Positions 1 through 11,735 of a stretch of DNA of 64,000 nt are shown here, one piece after another. The notes below the pieces were generated by a model that saw nothing but the letters and a program-made list of their open reading frames with translations, was not told the DNA's origin and did not search any database. This DNA is from Hemiscyllium ocellatum. Its lineage: Eukaryota. The stretch is taken from the NCBI RefSeq assembly GCF_020745735.1, contig NC_083449.1:5678923-5742922 (forward strand). Direction: 5' to 3'. Made by a program: the position numbers and the translations under genes. Within the stretch, counting starts at the first letter, position 1. Each line of letters opens with the position of its first letter.

Positions 1-1559
1 ATATTTCTTCACACCCTACCGAACCGCAAAAGCCACCGCCTAGCATCACTATCCATAGAGCCCCTTTAGCCCAGCCCTAAACTGTTTTGACAGGAAGTGT
101 CATCCTATATATATCTCACCATTAAAAATGCTTCCTCTGAAGACTCATTTCCCCATAAAAATGGGTCCCAACTCCATAGTAAAGATTTAAAGATAGAGAT
201 GACAGTGTATGGGAAGCGTTTTGTGGGCTGCTATTTTTGAATTGGCGTCGGACGGGGACAGCCTTTGGGATTCCTTGATTCTAAACTGCAACCTTTAACC
301 CCTTACACTGATCCAAAGTCAATGCAGATTATAGAGGTTAAAGACCTGAGACAGACTCTTGAAATAGAAACAGGATATGGATAAACAAATGCCTGGATTG
401 AATGGGTTAAATATACTGTAAAAAGTCTGAACAAAAGCAATTGCTATGCATGTGCCTCCGGTAGGACAGTGTCTCAGGTAGTTCCCTTTCTGCTCGGGTG
501 GGAGCGAAACAAAAAGGGCATGGAATGCATGATAGCCCTATATCAAGATGAGACTGCATGGAAAAATCCGAATTATGCCTCTTTGTCTTTGATGTTCTCT
601 TCCTTAAAAGGACATAAGAGGCAAGCTCCCCCTGTGTTTTCTGCCGCTGTTGGGAATCACACATCGTGTGTTTATAGACAGGGTGGATCTATTGATTTGG
701 GGGAGCTGAGATTGTGTTCGGTGATTAAAAATGTTACTGAAGCAGTGGAAGGAAGAAATTACTCATCTTTAAACATTCCCCGAGCGGATCTGTGGTGGTA
801 TTGTGGAGGGAAAATACTGAGACCTACCCTGCCCCCTGATTGGAAGGGGATATGTGCAATTGTACAATTGGCAATACCATTCACCCTGGCATTTGAAAGA
901 GAACATTTAGTTGAGAAAAAAAGGAAGAGATAAGAGATCACTGCTATCCACTTCTTTTGATAAAGGGATTTATCTTGATTCAATAGGGGTCCCTAAGGGG
1001 GGTGCCTGATGAGTTCAAAGCTCGTAACCAGACTTCAGCAGGCTTTGAATCATCCCTATTCTGGTGGGTTACTATTAATAAGAATGTGGATTGGATAAAC
1101 TACATTTATTATAACCAAGCACGGTTTATTAACCATACTAGAGATGCAGTAAAGGGTTTGGCCGAATAACTGGATGCCACCAGTCGTATGGCTTGGGAAA
1201 ATAGACTGGCCTTGGACATGCTCTTAGCTGAAAAGGGGGGCGTTTGTGTCATGATAGGCTCTCAATGTTATACTTTTATTCCCAACAATACGGCCCCTGA
1301 TGGCTCGGTGACCCGTGCCCTGGAAGGTCTCCAGGCACTGGCTGATGAGATAGCTGAGAATTCAGGTGTAAATACTAATTGGACTGGCTGGCTAGAGTGG
1401 TGGTTGGGCGTTTTTGCCCTGCTGCTAATCCTTCCTTGCCTGCTCCGCTGCTTTCAGTCCCTGATTCAAAAGAACCTATCCCAGCTTGAGGCCGTGGCCA
1501 TTCCTCAACATGGGACCCGTGAGCTTAAAGTCATGTTGCTTCGCAAGTGTCCTGCCTGA
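1..1559 (+). pseudogene. env: Decayed class I (gamma-type) ERV env gene, HERV-I/HERVIP-like
   Basis: SU CxxC motif (SNCYAC, ~439-455), basic furin-like site KKRKR (~915-930), GVPDEFKARNQ-SAGFES-LFWWVTINKNVDWINYIYYNQ segment, ISD ENRLALDMLLAEKGGVC, CX6CC degraded to CVMIGSQCY, and a hydrophobic TM. Several in-frame stops (382, 931, 961, ~1167) and a frameshift near 995. The 5' boundary is uncertain. Confidence 0.88.
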
Positions 1560-1599
1560 CTGATTCCTTATGCACATCTTGAAAAGAAAAAGGGTGGAT

Positions 1600-2220
1600 T
1601 GTGAGAGTTGGAGTAACGATTCAAGATGTGCATAAGCATAAGGGGCAAGAAGGTGACCAAAAGAAAATGGCCGACATATGAATTTGACTAACTTAGCTAT
1701 AGCAGCAGAAGTGGTAAACAAGTTGCAGCTGGACCACAAGGTCAGCAGAAGTCAGAAAACAAGCAGCTAGACAGATAACAGAATAATGAAGCCCCTTGAC
1801 AGATAATGAAACCAGACAATGGGCGACCTTACTCATAGCAAAACACGTCTAGGCAGGAAAAACCACAAGGCCGACATTTATGTCAGAAACGAACCTCGTG
1901 ACTGATAACGAAGGACAACCGTTGAGAAACAACTTGAGGTGGACAATGGGCGGTTGTCAGCTGCCTGGGAAGATTGTAAACACTTGAGGGGGGAATGTGT
2001 CCAGCTGCGCTTGCAAGATTGGGGTAAACAAGTAATGGAAAAGTACCGGTTGCTCAAGATTGAGAATCACCTGACTCAACAGGGGTGGAGTTTAAGGGTA
2101 TATCAGGGGATGCTTTGTAACAATCAGGGTCCCTTTCTTTGAGGGGTACCCAACTCTGCAGACTTGCTAATAAACTTTGTTTTCCTGAATTTGTCTTGAG
2201 CTGACTTTTTACGTCTCACA
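1600..2220 (+). mobile_element. ERV 3' LTR (621 bp) preceded by polypurine tract
   Basis: PPT GAAAAGAAAAAGGGTGGA at 1581-1598. Terminal inverted repeat TGTGAGA (1600)...TCTCACA (2220). AATAAA at 2169. Lies directly after env. Confidence 0.88.
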
Positions 2221-2406
2221 TTTATTATATTTGCCTTCCTAACTGCCAACTGAACCTGCCTGTTAACCTGAAGAAAATCTTGAACTCGGACTCCCAAGTC
2301 CATTTGTGTTTCTGATTTCCGAAACCTTTCCCCATTTAGGAAACAATCTCCGCCTCTAGTCTTCTAATCCCATTGCATACCCTCCCACACGGTCATCCAT
2401 CTGCCA
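2221..2406 (-). mobile_element. CR1 LINE ORF2 fragment (host of the ERV insertion)
   Basis: The reverse complement resembles the CR1 RT C-terminal region (WQM...DLGV...KAN) seen in other CR1 copies in the window. Confidence 0.6.
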
Positions 2407-2639
2407 ACCGAACCTTAATAGGATCCTGAACTCGGACTCACCCCCGAGGACCTTGTTTGTGCTTCAGGCCTGGCAGCATCTGTCCAGAGACAGACAGAGA
2501 GAAAGCGGGGTCAACGTTTCGAGTCCGGGGCAGCCGTCCTTCGGGAGAGGGGCCTTTGGTCTTGATGTGCCGCCGCACAATTTCTTGTTCACTCCCACCT
2601 CTCTGTCTGTGTGTGTATTTGTGATTATGATTGAGTTTG

Positions 2640-2880
2640 GCGAGTCCCGGAGCCGGCCCTGTTGTTTCTCTCTCCTGAAAGGGTTGTCCCTTTAAAGAGT
2701 CTTTCCCCTGAAGCAGCTGCTAACGGTCACTTGGGGCACGAGGCGGCCGTTAACCGCCATCTCGCGCGGGGCCTGAGGGGGCGGGGCCTGAAGCTCAAAT
2801 GGCGCCGGGGCCACGCGGGAAGGAAAAGCGCCGAGGGAGAGCGGACTGTGTCAACATGTCCCGTTCCCGAGGGTCAGGAT
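2640..2880. promoter_or_regulatory. CpG-rich promoter-like patch (GC box, YY1-like site)
   Basis: Locally high GC and CpG content, GGGGCGGGGC near 2778 and AAATGGCGCC near 2797. No associated gene identified. Confidence 0.35.
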
Positions 2881-3206
2881 TATTGGGGGGTGGAGGGGGA
2901 ACAGGAGAGATTTCCCCTCCCAGTGAGGCATCTTGTACAAACCGTGAGGTCTCTCCCCGTGTCCTTGTCTCTATACATCTGTCTCTCTATCTGTAACTGT
3001 TTGACTGTCCATGACTTGCTTTAACTCTCTATATTGATTAATGTCGACGACTCTTGTGCTTCTCTCTGACTCTCTATCATTATGTTTCTTTGTAACTCTA
3101 TGTCCCTCTGTATGTCCCTTTCTGACTCCAGTCGGAGTACTGTTTGTTGCTGAACACAAAAAACTCCTGCCTTAGAAAAGTGCCTAACAGTTTGCTTTAA
3201 TCACAG

Positions 3207-3480
3207 GCATCCCTGTGTCAGTCCTACAGCTAAGTGCCCACCTGGGAATGAGGTAGTGGAGGGAGACAGCATCTCGTTAAACTGCTCAGTTTGACCCCAA
3301 TTCAATACATTTTCTGTAAGGATGGTGAGGAGATTTACTGGGAACACTCCAACCACTGCAGAACCTTACACACAATCATCAACATCAGCAAATGTCAACA
3401 GGGCAATTAGCACTGTGCTGTTTCTAACCAACAGGCAGGGTCTCTCCTGAACAGCAAATGTATCGCCGTTTCAGTGAGTG
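3207..3480 (+). pseudogene. Ig (C2-type, FcR-like/FCRL-like) domain pseudo-exon
   Basis: Acceptor ttaatcacag|G. Translation across frameshifts: GIPVSVLQLSA/PPGNEVVEGDSISLNCSV.../QYIFCKDGEEIYWEHSNHCRTLHTIINISKCQQGN*HCAVSNQQAGSLLNSKCIAVSV. Both Ig cysteines are present, with a TAG at 3408-3410 in place of the Tyr of Y-x-C. Confidence 0.75.
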
Positions 3481-3513
3481 TTTAAGCAACTCTATACAAA
3501 TCGACATTATCAC

Positions 3514-3981
3514 AGTATGAGAGACAAAGCTCACTCACTTCAATAATTTCAGTCCGAGACAAGATCTGAATCAGTAGTGTCATTTATTTCACACTTGCAA
3601 GTGGGTGTGTTGTCCACAAGGCAGGGACAAAACACACTGAATTCAACAAATACTCTATTTATATAATTTGGTTCCTACATTTTTAAAAAAATTTCATTGT
3701 TCCCCCAGCTGTTTACATCCTCCACTTCCTCAAGACCGGTACCCATTACTCCTGTTTATCTCTTGTCTTATCCTGGCCTCACAAGGTCGTTTGACCTCAT
3801 GCTGCTGTAGGTCATTGTTAGGCACATCCTTTGCTTACCATTATCTACTCCCTCCATCTGTGCTGCCCCTCAAAGCATCGTATCTCGTCGCCTGTAATAT
3901 CTACCATTGTTTTGCAATCCCGTTTCTTTCTTGCATACATTTTTAGCTAATACAAAAAAAAATCACGCATTTCCTCCATAC
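3514..3981 (-). mobile_element. Probable solo LTR
   Basis: The minus strand starts TGTATG and ends CATAC(T), with a TATA-like box (~3660) upstream of AATAAA (~3585). No convincing TSD. Confidence 0.4.
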
Positions 3982-4104
3982 AGCTCCCACTCCCGCCGAC
4001 TCAGCCCCCGGCCTAACAACTACACACCAGTGTGAGTTCATTCACCTCGCACCAGCAATTATAATTGCAGAAGTAACAATAATTTACCTATATCCCATAA
4101 GAGC

Positions 4105-4880
4105 AAAGTTTACCAGGATATTTCCTTGGGGACTGGAGAGTTTCAGTGATGGAGAGAGAGATTGGACAGACTATAGTTGTTTTTCTGAGAGCAGAGGAGA
4201 TTGAGAGTAGTGACATGATTGAGATGTATAAAATGAAGAGGGGTGTAGATAGGGTAGAGAGGAAGAAACTTTTCCCCCTTTGATGGAGAGATCAATGACT
4301 GGGGGAGGGGCATACATTGAAAGTAAGGGGCAGGAGGTTTAGAAAGGGATGTGGGGGCAAACATTTTCACCCAGAGGGTGGTGGGGAGTCTGGAACTCAC
4401 TGCCTGGAAAGGTGAGAGAGGCAGAAATCCTCATCATGCTGAAGAAGGATTTAGATGTACACTTGCGATGCCAAGGCTTGAGTCAGATTAAGTGGTCCTT
4501 GAAGTTTCACTTGTATTTTCCTGCAGAAATAGGGGCTTGGATAAGGTGAATAGCCAAGGTATTTTCTGCAGGGCCGGGGAGTGCAAAACTAGAGGGCATC
4601 GATTTAAGGTGAGAGAGGAAAGATTGAAAAGTGACCAGAGAGGGTACTTCTTCACACAGATGGTGGTGCATATTTGGAATGAGCTGCCAGAGGAAGTGGT
4701 AGAAGTGAGTACAATAACAACCTCTAAAAGAGATTTGGAAAGATACGTGGATAGGAAAAGTTTTGACGGATATGGACCAAAGGCAAACAAATAGGACTAG
4801 TTTTGTGAGTGAGGCCTGGTCAGCATGGACGTGTTGGGCCGACGCGTCTATTTCCATGCTGTATGACCCAATGACTGGGA
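4105..4880 (+). mobile_element. Two CR1 LINE 3' fragments
   Basis: KTRGHRFKVR...FFTQ.VV.IWNELPEEVVE motifs and a CR1-type 3' tail (tgtatgac...atgact). Confidence 0.85.
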
Positions 4881-5029
4881 AAATTGTATGAGAGAATAGT
4901 GAGTTGGTTGCTTTTGACTAGTATGGATTCAGTCAGCCGAAGATCTGTGCTGTAGACCACTGACTCTGCAATTACTTCTTAAGCAATCCATCAGAGAAAG
5001 GTAGAAGCTTAGACATTATGAGCTGGGGG

Positions 5030-5390
5030 AGGCTGATGGTAACACCAAAGATGTTCATAGTAGTGTAGGGTTGGGGACAGTGATGGTAACTCTCAGGATG
5101 TTGATAGTGAGGTGGGGGTGGGGACAGTGATAGTATCCTTCAGGATGTTGATAGTGGGGTTGGGGACTGTGATGGTAACCTGTAGGATGTTGATAGTGGG
5201 GATGAGGACAGTGATGGTAACCCTCAGGGTGTTGTTAGTGCAGCAGGGTGGGGACAGTGACGGTAACCTTCAGGATGTTGATAGTGGGAAGAGGGTTGGG
5301 ACAATGACAGGAACCCCCAAGGATGTTGATAGTGCAGTGGGGTGGGGACGGTGATGGTAACACCATTGAACATCGAGAGGCAATGGTTGG
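5030..5390. repeat. ~39-bp minisatellite derived from a LINE RT segment
   Basis: About 8 diverged units of GGGGTTGGGGACAGTGATGGTAACCCTCAGGATGTTGATAGT. The minus strand reads like the LINE RT motif FNG(V/I)TIT..PTINILGVT. Confidence 0.75.
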
Positions 5391-5593
5391 ATGATCTGGC
5401 CATCCATACTAACACAAATCTTTCGAAGTATAGATTTTACAACATCGGAAGACTTTGCAATGATGTGAAATCTTGCTTGTTTTATTTCTCCTTTCCATCA
5501 ATTATTATCCTGTCATCGCAGATAACATCTGTGAAAAAAGAGACAATTTCAGCATCCGATCTTTTCTTTCCTCTTTGTCTTGTTTTGTTCCAG

Positions 5594-5896
5594 TTCCTGT
5601 TGCTGGGGTTTTCCTCATGCCCAGAGCCAAGAAAATGGAGGTTCTGATTGGGAGTCATCTCGTTTCAGAGTGTGTACTGAGCCGAGGTACTGGACCGTAC
5701 TTTCAATGGTACTTTCAACAGAAAGCCTTAAACAATGCCAGTGGGAATTACAACTCGAGCTCAGGCAGAACAGAGCTGGCCATTGAATCCTCCCAGTCCC
5801 AGCACCAACGCCGATAACAGTGTCTCTTGATCAACAGGGGTCCCATTGGAATGATATTTAATGTTACCAGTAATTCCATCGACCTCACGGTGCCAG
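5594..5896 (+). pseudogene. Ig (FcR-like) domain pseudo-exon, phase 1-1, 303 nt
   Basis: Pyrimidine tract plus ttccag| acceptor and CCAG|gtaat donor. Translation VPVAGVFLMPRAKKMEVLIGSHLVSECVLSRGTGPYFQWYFQQKALNNASGNYNSSSGRTELAIESSQSQHQRR*QCLLINRGPIGMIFNVTSNSIDLTVP shows the C...W...x-x-C pattern, with a single TAA at 5815-5817. Confidence 0.82.
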
Positions 5897-6179
5897 GTAA
5901 TCCATTTTTCATCCATGATCTGTGCTCATTTTTCACTGGGGTGCAGCTGAAGACTTGACATGAACACTTAAAAAAAAATTGCCTCAGACACTCAGGAGGT
6001 CTGGCAGCATCTGTGGAGGGAGACAGACAGACAGAGTGAATGTTGCAGGTTTTAAACACAAAGTGCTGGAAAAGCTCAGCAGGTCTGGCAGTAGCTGTGT
6101 GTGTGTGTGGGGGGGGGGGGGGGGGGGGGGGGGAAAGAGTGTGTGTAACATCCTTGCACAGATAAGGGAGACCTTCACA

Positions 6180-6850
6180 GTGAGACAATTCCAGTCCGGG
6201 AGCAGGGATGGCTTGCGACAATTGGACAGGGTGCGACCACACTCTGGAGAACTGTGTGTGCAGTTTGGAGTCTCCTTATCTGAGCTTAAAAATGCGTTGC
6301 TGGAAAAGCGCAGCAGGTCAGGCAGCATCAAAGGAACAGGAGAATCGACGTTTCAGGCCAACCTGCTGCGCTTTTCCAGCAACACATAAGCTCTGATCTC
6401 CAGTATCTGCCGTCCTCACTTTCTCCTAGTCTCCTTATCTGAGGAAGGACATTGTGCCTGTGGAGCGAGTGCAGCAAAGGTTTCCCAGAGTGATTCCTGG
6501 AATAGCAGGACTGACGGGTGGAGACAGACTGGATTGGTTAGGACGATATTCACTGGAGTTGAGAAAAATTAAGGTGGAATCTCTTAGAAATCTATTAACT
6601 TTGAACAAGGACGAGACAGAGTAAACACAGGGAGGGTGTTCCCGGTGACCACGCGGAGAATCCAGAACCAGGGTGCCATTGTCTAAAGGAAACACCGAAT
6701 GTTGTTCAGGAAGGAGTTGGATTGAGTTCTTTGGGGCTAAAGGGAGAGCGCAGGGAGGCACAGGATGAAGTTGGATCATCAGCTATGATCCCATTGAATG
6801 GGTGGAGCAGGCTGGAGGGGCCGAATGGCAGCCTCCCAATGGTATTTTCG
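6180..6850 (+). mobile_element. Old CR1 3' fragment interrupted by a Penelope-derived hairpin
   Basis: RPHSGELCVQF / SPYLRKD...ERVQQRF motifs. Split at 6285-6427. Confidence 0.7.
6285..6427. mobile_element. Penelope-derived fold-back mini-insertion
   Basis: Inverted arms (gttgctggaaaagcgcagcagg / cctgctgcgcttttccagcaac). 16-bp TSD AGTCTCCTTATCTGAG at 6269-6284 and 6428-6443. Confidence 0.8.
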
Positions 6851-7290
6851 ATGTTTGTCTGTGAATGGCCCAGTTGCCACTGACAGGTGGATGACACAGG
6901 GAAGTTTTGCCTAGATATATGTAGGCAATGAAAATGAGGGACAATAATTTCTAGTGTGGATGCAGAATGCTCTTTTGAGTTCAGCATCAAATATTCTGGG
7001 TTGGATTGGTGGGATATTGTTAATGAGAGGCTGCACAGAAACAATGATGTCACTGCGATGGTGAGGGTTTGGAGCGAATTTTACAGACACAAAGGTTTTC
7101 CTTCAAATGGACGGGTGTTGGCAGGGGGTCAGGGCAACAGGGAACAGGAAACAGACCTTCACTCCATATGATGTTCAAAAGTGGCTGGGTTTTTGAGGGT
7201 TAATATGAACGAGAGAAAATCTCAATGAACTAGAAATGTTATAGAAGTATATCCTGTACCAGCGTTTCTTAGTTTGAGATGGTGAAAACT

Positions 7291-7892
7291 GTTATGGATC
7301 TGTTCGCCGAGCTGGGAGTTTTTCTTGCAAACGTTTTGTCCCCTTCCTAGATGACACCTTCAGTGCTTGGGAGCCTTCTGTGAGGCGCTTCTGTGCTGAT
7401 TCCTCCGGCATTTATACTGGTTTGAATTTGCCGCTTCCGGTTGTCAGTTGCTGTCCGTTGCAGTGGTCGGTATATAGGGTCTGGGTCGATGTGTCTGTTG
7501 ATAGAATTTGTGGATGAGTGCCATGCTTCTAGGAATTCCCTGGCTGTTCTCTGTTTGGCCTGCCCTATAATAGTGGTGTTGTCCCAATCGATTCCCAAAC
7601 AGAGAACAGCCAGGGAATTCCTAGAAGCATGGCACTCATCCACGAATTCTATCAACAGACACATCGACCTAGACCCTATATACCGGCCACTGTAACGGAC
7701 AGCAACTGACAACCGGAAGCGGCAAATTCAAACCAGTATAAATGCCGGAGGAATCAGCACAGAAGCGCTTCACAGGAGGCTCCCAAGCACTGAAGATGTC
7801 ACCTAGAAAGGGGACGAAACGTTTGCAAGAAAAACTCCCAGCTCGGCGAACAGAACCACAGCAACGAGCACCCGAGCTACAAATCTACTCAC
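7291..7892. mobile_element. Palindromic Penelope-like (Poseidon-type) 3'-end insertion
   Basis: ~265-bp inverted arms with a ~36-bp loop, encoding the GIY-YIG C-terminal peptide DWDNTTIIGQAKQRTAREFLEAWHS...NRHIDLDPIY. 14-bp TSD AGATGGTGAAAACT at 7277-7290 and 7893-7906. Confidence 0.88.
7787..7826 (+). ncRNA. Minimal type I hammerhead ribozyme (PLE-associated)
   Basis: gca-CTGAAGA-t-GTCACCT agaa AGGGGAC-GAAAC-GTT-tgc: conserved core, helix II hairpin, gca/tgc helix I and ACGT palindromic helix III. Confidence 0.72.
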
Positions 7893-7960
7893 AGATGGTG
7901 AAAACTAAGTACACCAAACTGCTGTCTGTTTTGGAGTCATCTATAATCAAAAATCAATAA

Positions 7961-8258
7961 GTGACACAGTGGCTCAGTGGTTAGCACTGCTGCCTCACAG
8001 TACCAGGGTCCCAGATTCGATTCAAGCCTTGGGTGACTGTCAGTGTGGAGTTTGGACATGCTCCCTGTGTCTGTGTGGGTTTCCTCCAGGTGCTCCGGTT
8101 TCCTCCCACATTCCAAAGATGTGCAGGTCAGGTGAATTGCCCGTAGTGTTAGGTGCATTAGCCAGAGGGAAATGGGTCTGGGTGGGTTACTCTTTGGAGG
8201 GTGGGTGTGGTCTTGTTGGGCTGAAGGGCCTATTTCCACACTGTAGGAAATCTAATCC
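7961..8258 (+). mobile_element. tRNA-derived HE1/V-SINE-type SINE
   Basis: A box TGGCTCAGTGG, B box-like GATTCGATTC, V-domain core gtgggtttcctccaggtgctccggtttcctcccaca, and a LINE-derived tail ending TCTAATC. Confidence 0.85.
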
Positions 8259-9289
8259 AACCTACTCTGCTGTAAGGACAACAAGCCCAGTCTATCCAAT
8301 CTCTCAATCACTGAAACTCTCCATCCCCCAAGACAATATGTGGTAAATGTCACTATGCTTCCTCTCCCAGTTCATTTAGGTATGTAACCATTGGTAAAAT
8401 GTCTTTTATTTTATTTACTGCTTACTCAAATTGTACATCAGGAAGGAAACACACAAGTTATTTTTGCAGTAAAAAAGATGGTAGTTAATTTTTAATATGT
8501 TCAAAATTAAAAACTGAGGTGAGGAGGAATTTCTTCTCGGACTGTTGAGTGTTTTTAGAACTCCTTGCCACAGAGAGCTGTGTGTGGGGACAGGGAGCAG
8601 GTTTGAGACAAGGACAGATAGGTTCTTGATCAGTCGGGGAATTGAGGATGACATGTTAAGTGCAGGAAGGTGGCCGTGAGGAATGGTGCATCAGCCACAA
8701 TGCTATTGAATGGCTGAGCAGGCCCAAGGGGCCAAATGGCCTTCTCCTGTTCCTGTCTGTCATGGTCCTTCAGGGAATGAAATCTGCCCTTCTTTGTCTG
8801 CTCTGCACTTGACTCCTACCCCTGTGCAAACTCTTCACTGCTTTCTATCTGAGCAAGTCGATTGAGTCATAGAGATGTACAGCATGGAAACAGACACTTT
8901 GGTCCAATCCATCCATGCTGACCCGATATCCCAACCCAATCTAGTCCTACTGCGAGCCCATATACCTCCAAACCCTTCCTATTCATATACCCATCCAAAT
9001 GTGTGTGTGTGTGTTGGGGAAGGGGATGAGGGGAAATGTTTGGTTATGTACCTACACATTAATCATTCTATGTCAGATTTCGACATAGAATGTGCACTTG
9101 GAATTCATATTATTTGCTGTGTCTATATACGTGACAAAAGATTACTTGTCGTTCTCACTTACTAACAGCTGAAATGTTTCTTTCAATAACAATTTGTACT
9201 CAATATCTACTTTACACATGGTTGCTCAAAGCAATCGCATCAGCTATTTGTTCCTCTTCATTGTAACATTAAAACTACCGTTAATAAAT

Positions 9290-9665
9290 GCAGACAGTAT
9301 AAACATTGGTGGATTTGTGGGTAGTGGAGAAGCTTGTCAAAGAATACAGCGAGATATATATATCACTTGCAGATATGGGCGGAGAAATGAAACATGGAGT
9401 TTAATTCAGCAAAGTGTAACAGGCTGGACTTTGGGAGATCAAATGTTGAGGAAAGGTATACAGTAAATGGCTGGACACTGAACACCATTGACGTACAAAA
9501 GGATCTTGGGGTTCAAGTCTATTGCTCCCTGAAAGTGGCCATGCAAGTATTCAGGGTGGTATCTATAAGGTGGCATGCTTGCCTTATTGGTCAGGGAATT
9601 GAGTACAAGAGTCAGGATGTCATATTGCAGCTTTATAAGACTTTGGTTAGGTCATGCTTAGTTTT
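9290..9665 (+). mobile_element. CR1 RT fragment
   Basis: MEFNSAKC...DLGVQV..SLKVA...LYKTLVR. Confidence 0.8.
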
Positions 9666-9829
9666 GTGAAAAAAGATTAATTCTGTCCTTCTCAGTTACT
9701 GATAGCGGAAATGTTTCCTTGAATATCTGTCATCACGATCTACTTCATAGATGGTTGTTCAAACTAACAGCATCATCTATTTGTAACGTGAAAAGTATCC
9801 TTACTAAAGTTCTGAACACATGAGGACAT

Positions 9830-10525
9830 CCTCAGTCGGGACCTTGGGTTCCTGTCACACTACACACATGCACACACACACTTGAGCAGACCCTCTGTCA
9901 TCCACATGCTCATACATATACACACACAGGCTTATACTCGATCACACTCATACACACACAAACGCACACATTCACATATGTACTCACACTCACATGCTCT
10001 CTCTCTCTTTCTCTCTCTCGCACACAAGTCTATGGGTTGAATTTGCATTTGCACAATCATATTTGCAGATACATTCTATTTTGCTCAAAAAGAGCACAAT
10101 CTACAGGCAGTCAATCCATGCCATATTTTATATATTCCTACTTTGGCAATAAAACCAGTCTGACTCAAGATTGGGATACAGACAGACTCTAATTCTCATC
10201 TTTAATACACTGTCTGAGCTGAGATGTCACCCTTTTTAAAATAAAACCTGAAGTCATCTTGAGAACATGACTTAGAAGTAGTTCTGGGATGTATACATTA
10301 ATGAACTAAAACCTGCAACCCATTCTAAAAGATGAAACACTGAACAGCAACCTAGATTTGTTCAATATATCCTTTCAATTGCATGACACTGTAATCTTTT
10401 GCTATAAAGTCTGTGTCTCATGATCATGTTTCACAGCTACCTGATGAAGGAACAGTGCTCTGAAAGCTGGTACTTCCAAATGAACCTGCTGGACTATAAT
10501 TTGGTGTTGCGTGATTTTTCAGTTG
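9830..10525 (+). mobile_element. Penelope-like 3' fragment with (CA)-rich tract and degenerate hammerhead
   Basis: Homologous to 50400-51165. CTGATGAAGGAAC..GCTCTGAAAGCT at ~10441-10468. Confidence 0.7.
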
Positions 10526-10669
10526 TGGTCAGCACATTACAGGAAGGAAGGGGAGGATTTAGAGAGGGTGCAGAAGAGGTTTGCCAGAATGTTGTCTAGA
10601 TTAGAGGGTGTGAGCTATAAAAAGAAGCTTGAAAAACCCGGGTAGTTTTCTTCTGGACAGCAGAGGCCG

Positions 10670-10995
10670 AGGAAGGACACCACTTCGACTGGGATAACAC
10701 ATCCATCCTTGGGAAAGCCAAACATAGAGATGCATGAGAATTCCTAGAAGCATGGTATTCCAACCAGAACTCCATCAACAAACACATTGACTTGGATCCT
10801 ATTTACCACGTCGGGAGAAAATGAACAGGAAATGACATCACCAACCCAAGGAAACCTAAACACATAAATAGAAAGCCGGCCTTACCACCAGTGCTTCATC
10901 TGGAGGCTCACTGATCGTGATACCTATTATGGTGACAAGACTTCTAAAAACAAACCTTCCAGTTCAGCAAACAAATCTATATCCAGAAGTGTCTA
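10670..10995 (+). mobile_element. Penelope-like (Poseidon-type) 3' fragment
   Basis: EGHHFDWDNTSILGKAKHR..EFLEAWYSNQNSINKHIDLDPIY, the same family as the 7291-7892 arms. Confidence 0.75.
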
Positions 10996-11080
10996 AACGT
11001 ATGAGATGCATGGTTAAGGTTGATTGTCAGAATCTTTTTCCAAGAGTTGAAACGTCTAAAACTAAGAGGCATGCAAATAA

Positions 11081-11172
11081 GGTGGGGGGGGGGGGGGGGT
11101 TGTGGGGGGGGGGGGTGGGGGGGGGGGGGGGGGTGGGGGTGGGGGGGTGGGGGGGGGGGGGGAGGGGGGGGT
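11081..11172. repeat. G-rich low-complexity tract inside a CR1 fragment
   Basis: ~90 nt of almost pure G. A second G25 run lies at 6109-6133. Confidence 0.9.
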
Positions 11173-11653
11173 GTGGAGTTCAAAGGAGACCTAAGGTGCA
11201 GTTTTTATTTAAAAGTAGAGTGTGGTGGGAGTGGAATGCATTGCTGGGGTGGTGATGGAGATAGATACGATACAGATATTGAAGGGGCTTTAAAATATGC
11301 AAATTATTATGCAAGAAATAGAGGGATATGGACCAAGGGCAGGCAGAAGGGATTAATTTCATTTGGCATCATGTTCGGCACACCTTCGTGGGCTGAAGGA
11401 CCCTTTCCTGTGCTGCACCATTCGATGTTCAGACTTAATGCAGTGTATATTTCGGATGAGAATTCATTCAAGTTGATTGGAACTGATTGCATGCATTGAG
11501 AATATAGATAAAAAATATAAACTTCTATTTCCTTGGTGCTGTTTAACTCTTGGTTTGAACATCTCTCTGGAAATGGATCTCCAATGTGAACCTGACTCAA
11601 TCCACTTTGTGAATGAGGAAAGGATGTACTTCACTGTGACAGTGGTAACATAC

Positions 11654-11735
11654 CTGCTGTTTGTTCAAAGCAGCTGGTCACACTTGGCTCTGTACCGAGG
11701 GAATATTACATTGCCTTGGTCCTTTGAGTACTTGC
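11654..11735 (-). other. Repeated ~82-nt candidate exon, copy A
   Basis: On the minus strand: tcttctatcttcctccag|GCAAGTACTC...AACAGCAG|gtatgt. Confidence 0.5.

Noticed and set aside
10917-11499. Gly- or Pro-rich ORFs
   Set aside because: They are translations of a poly-G tract inside a CR1 remnant, and the tract length may be a sequencing artefact.
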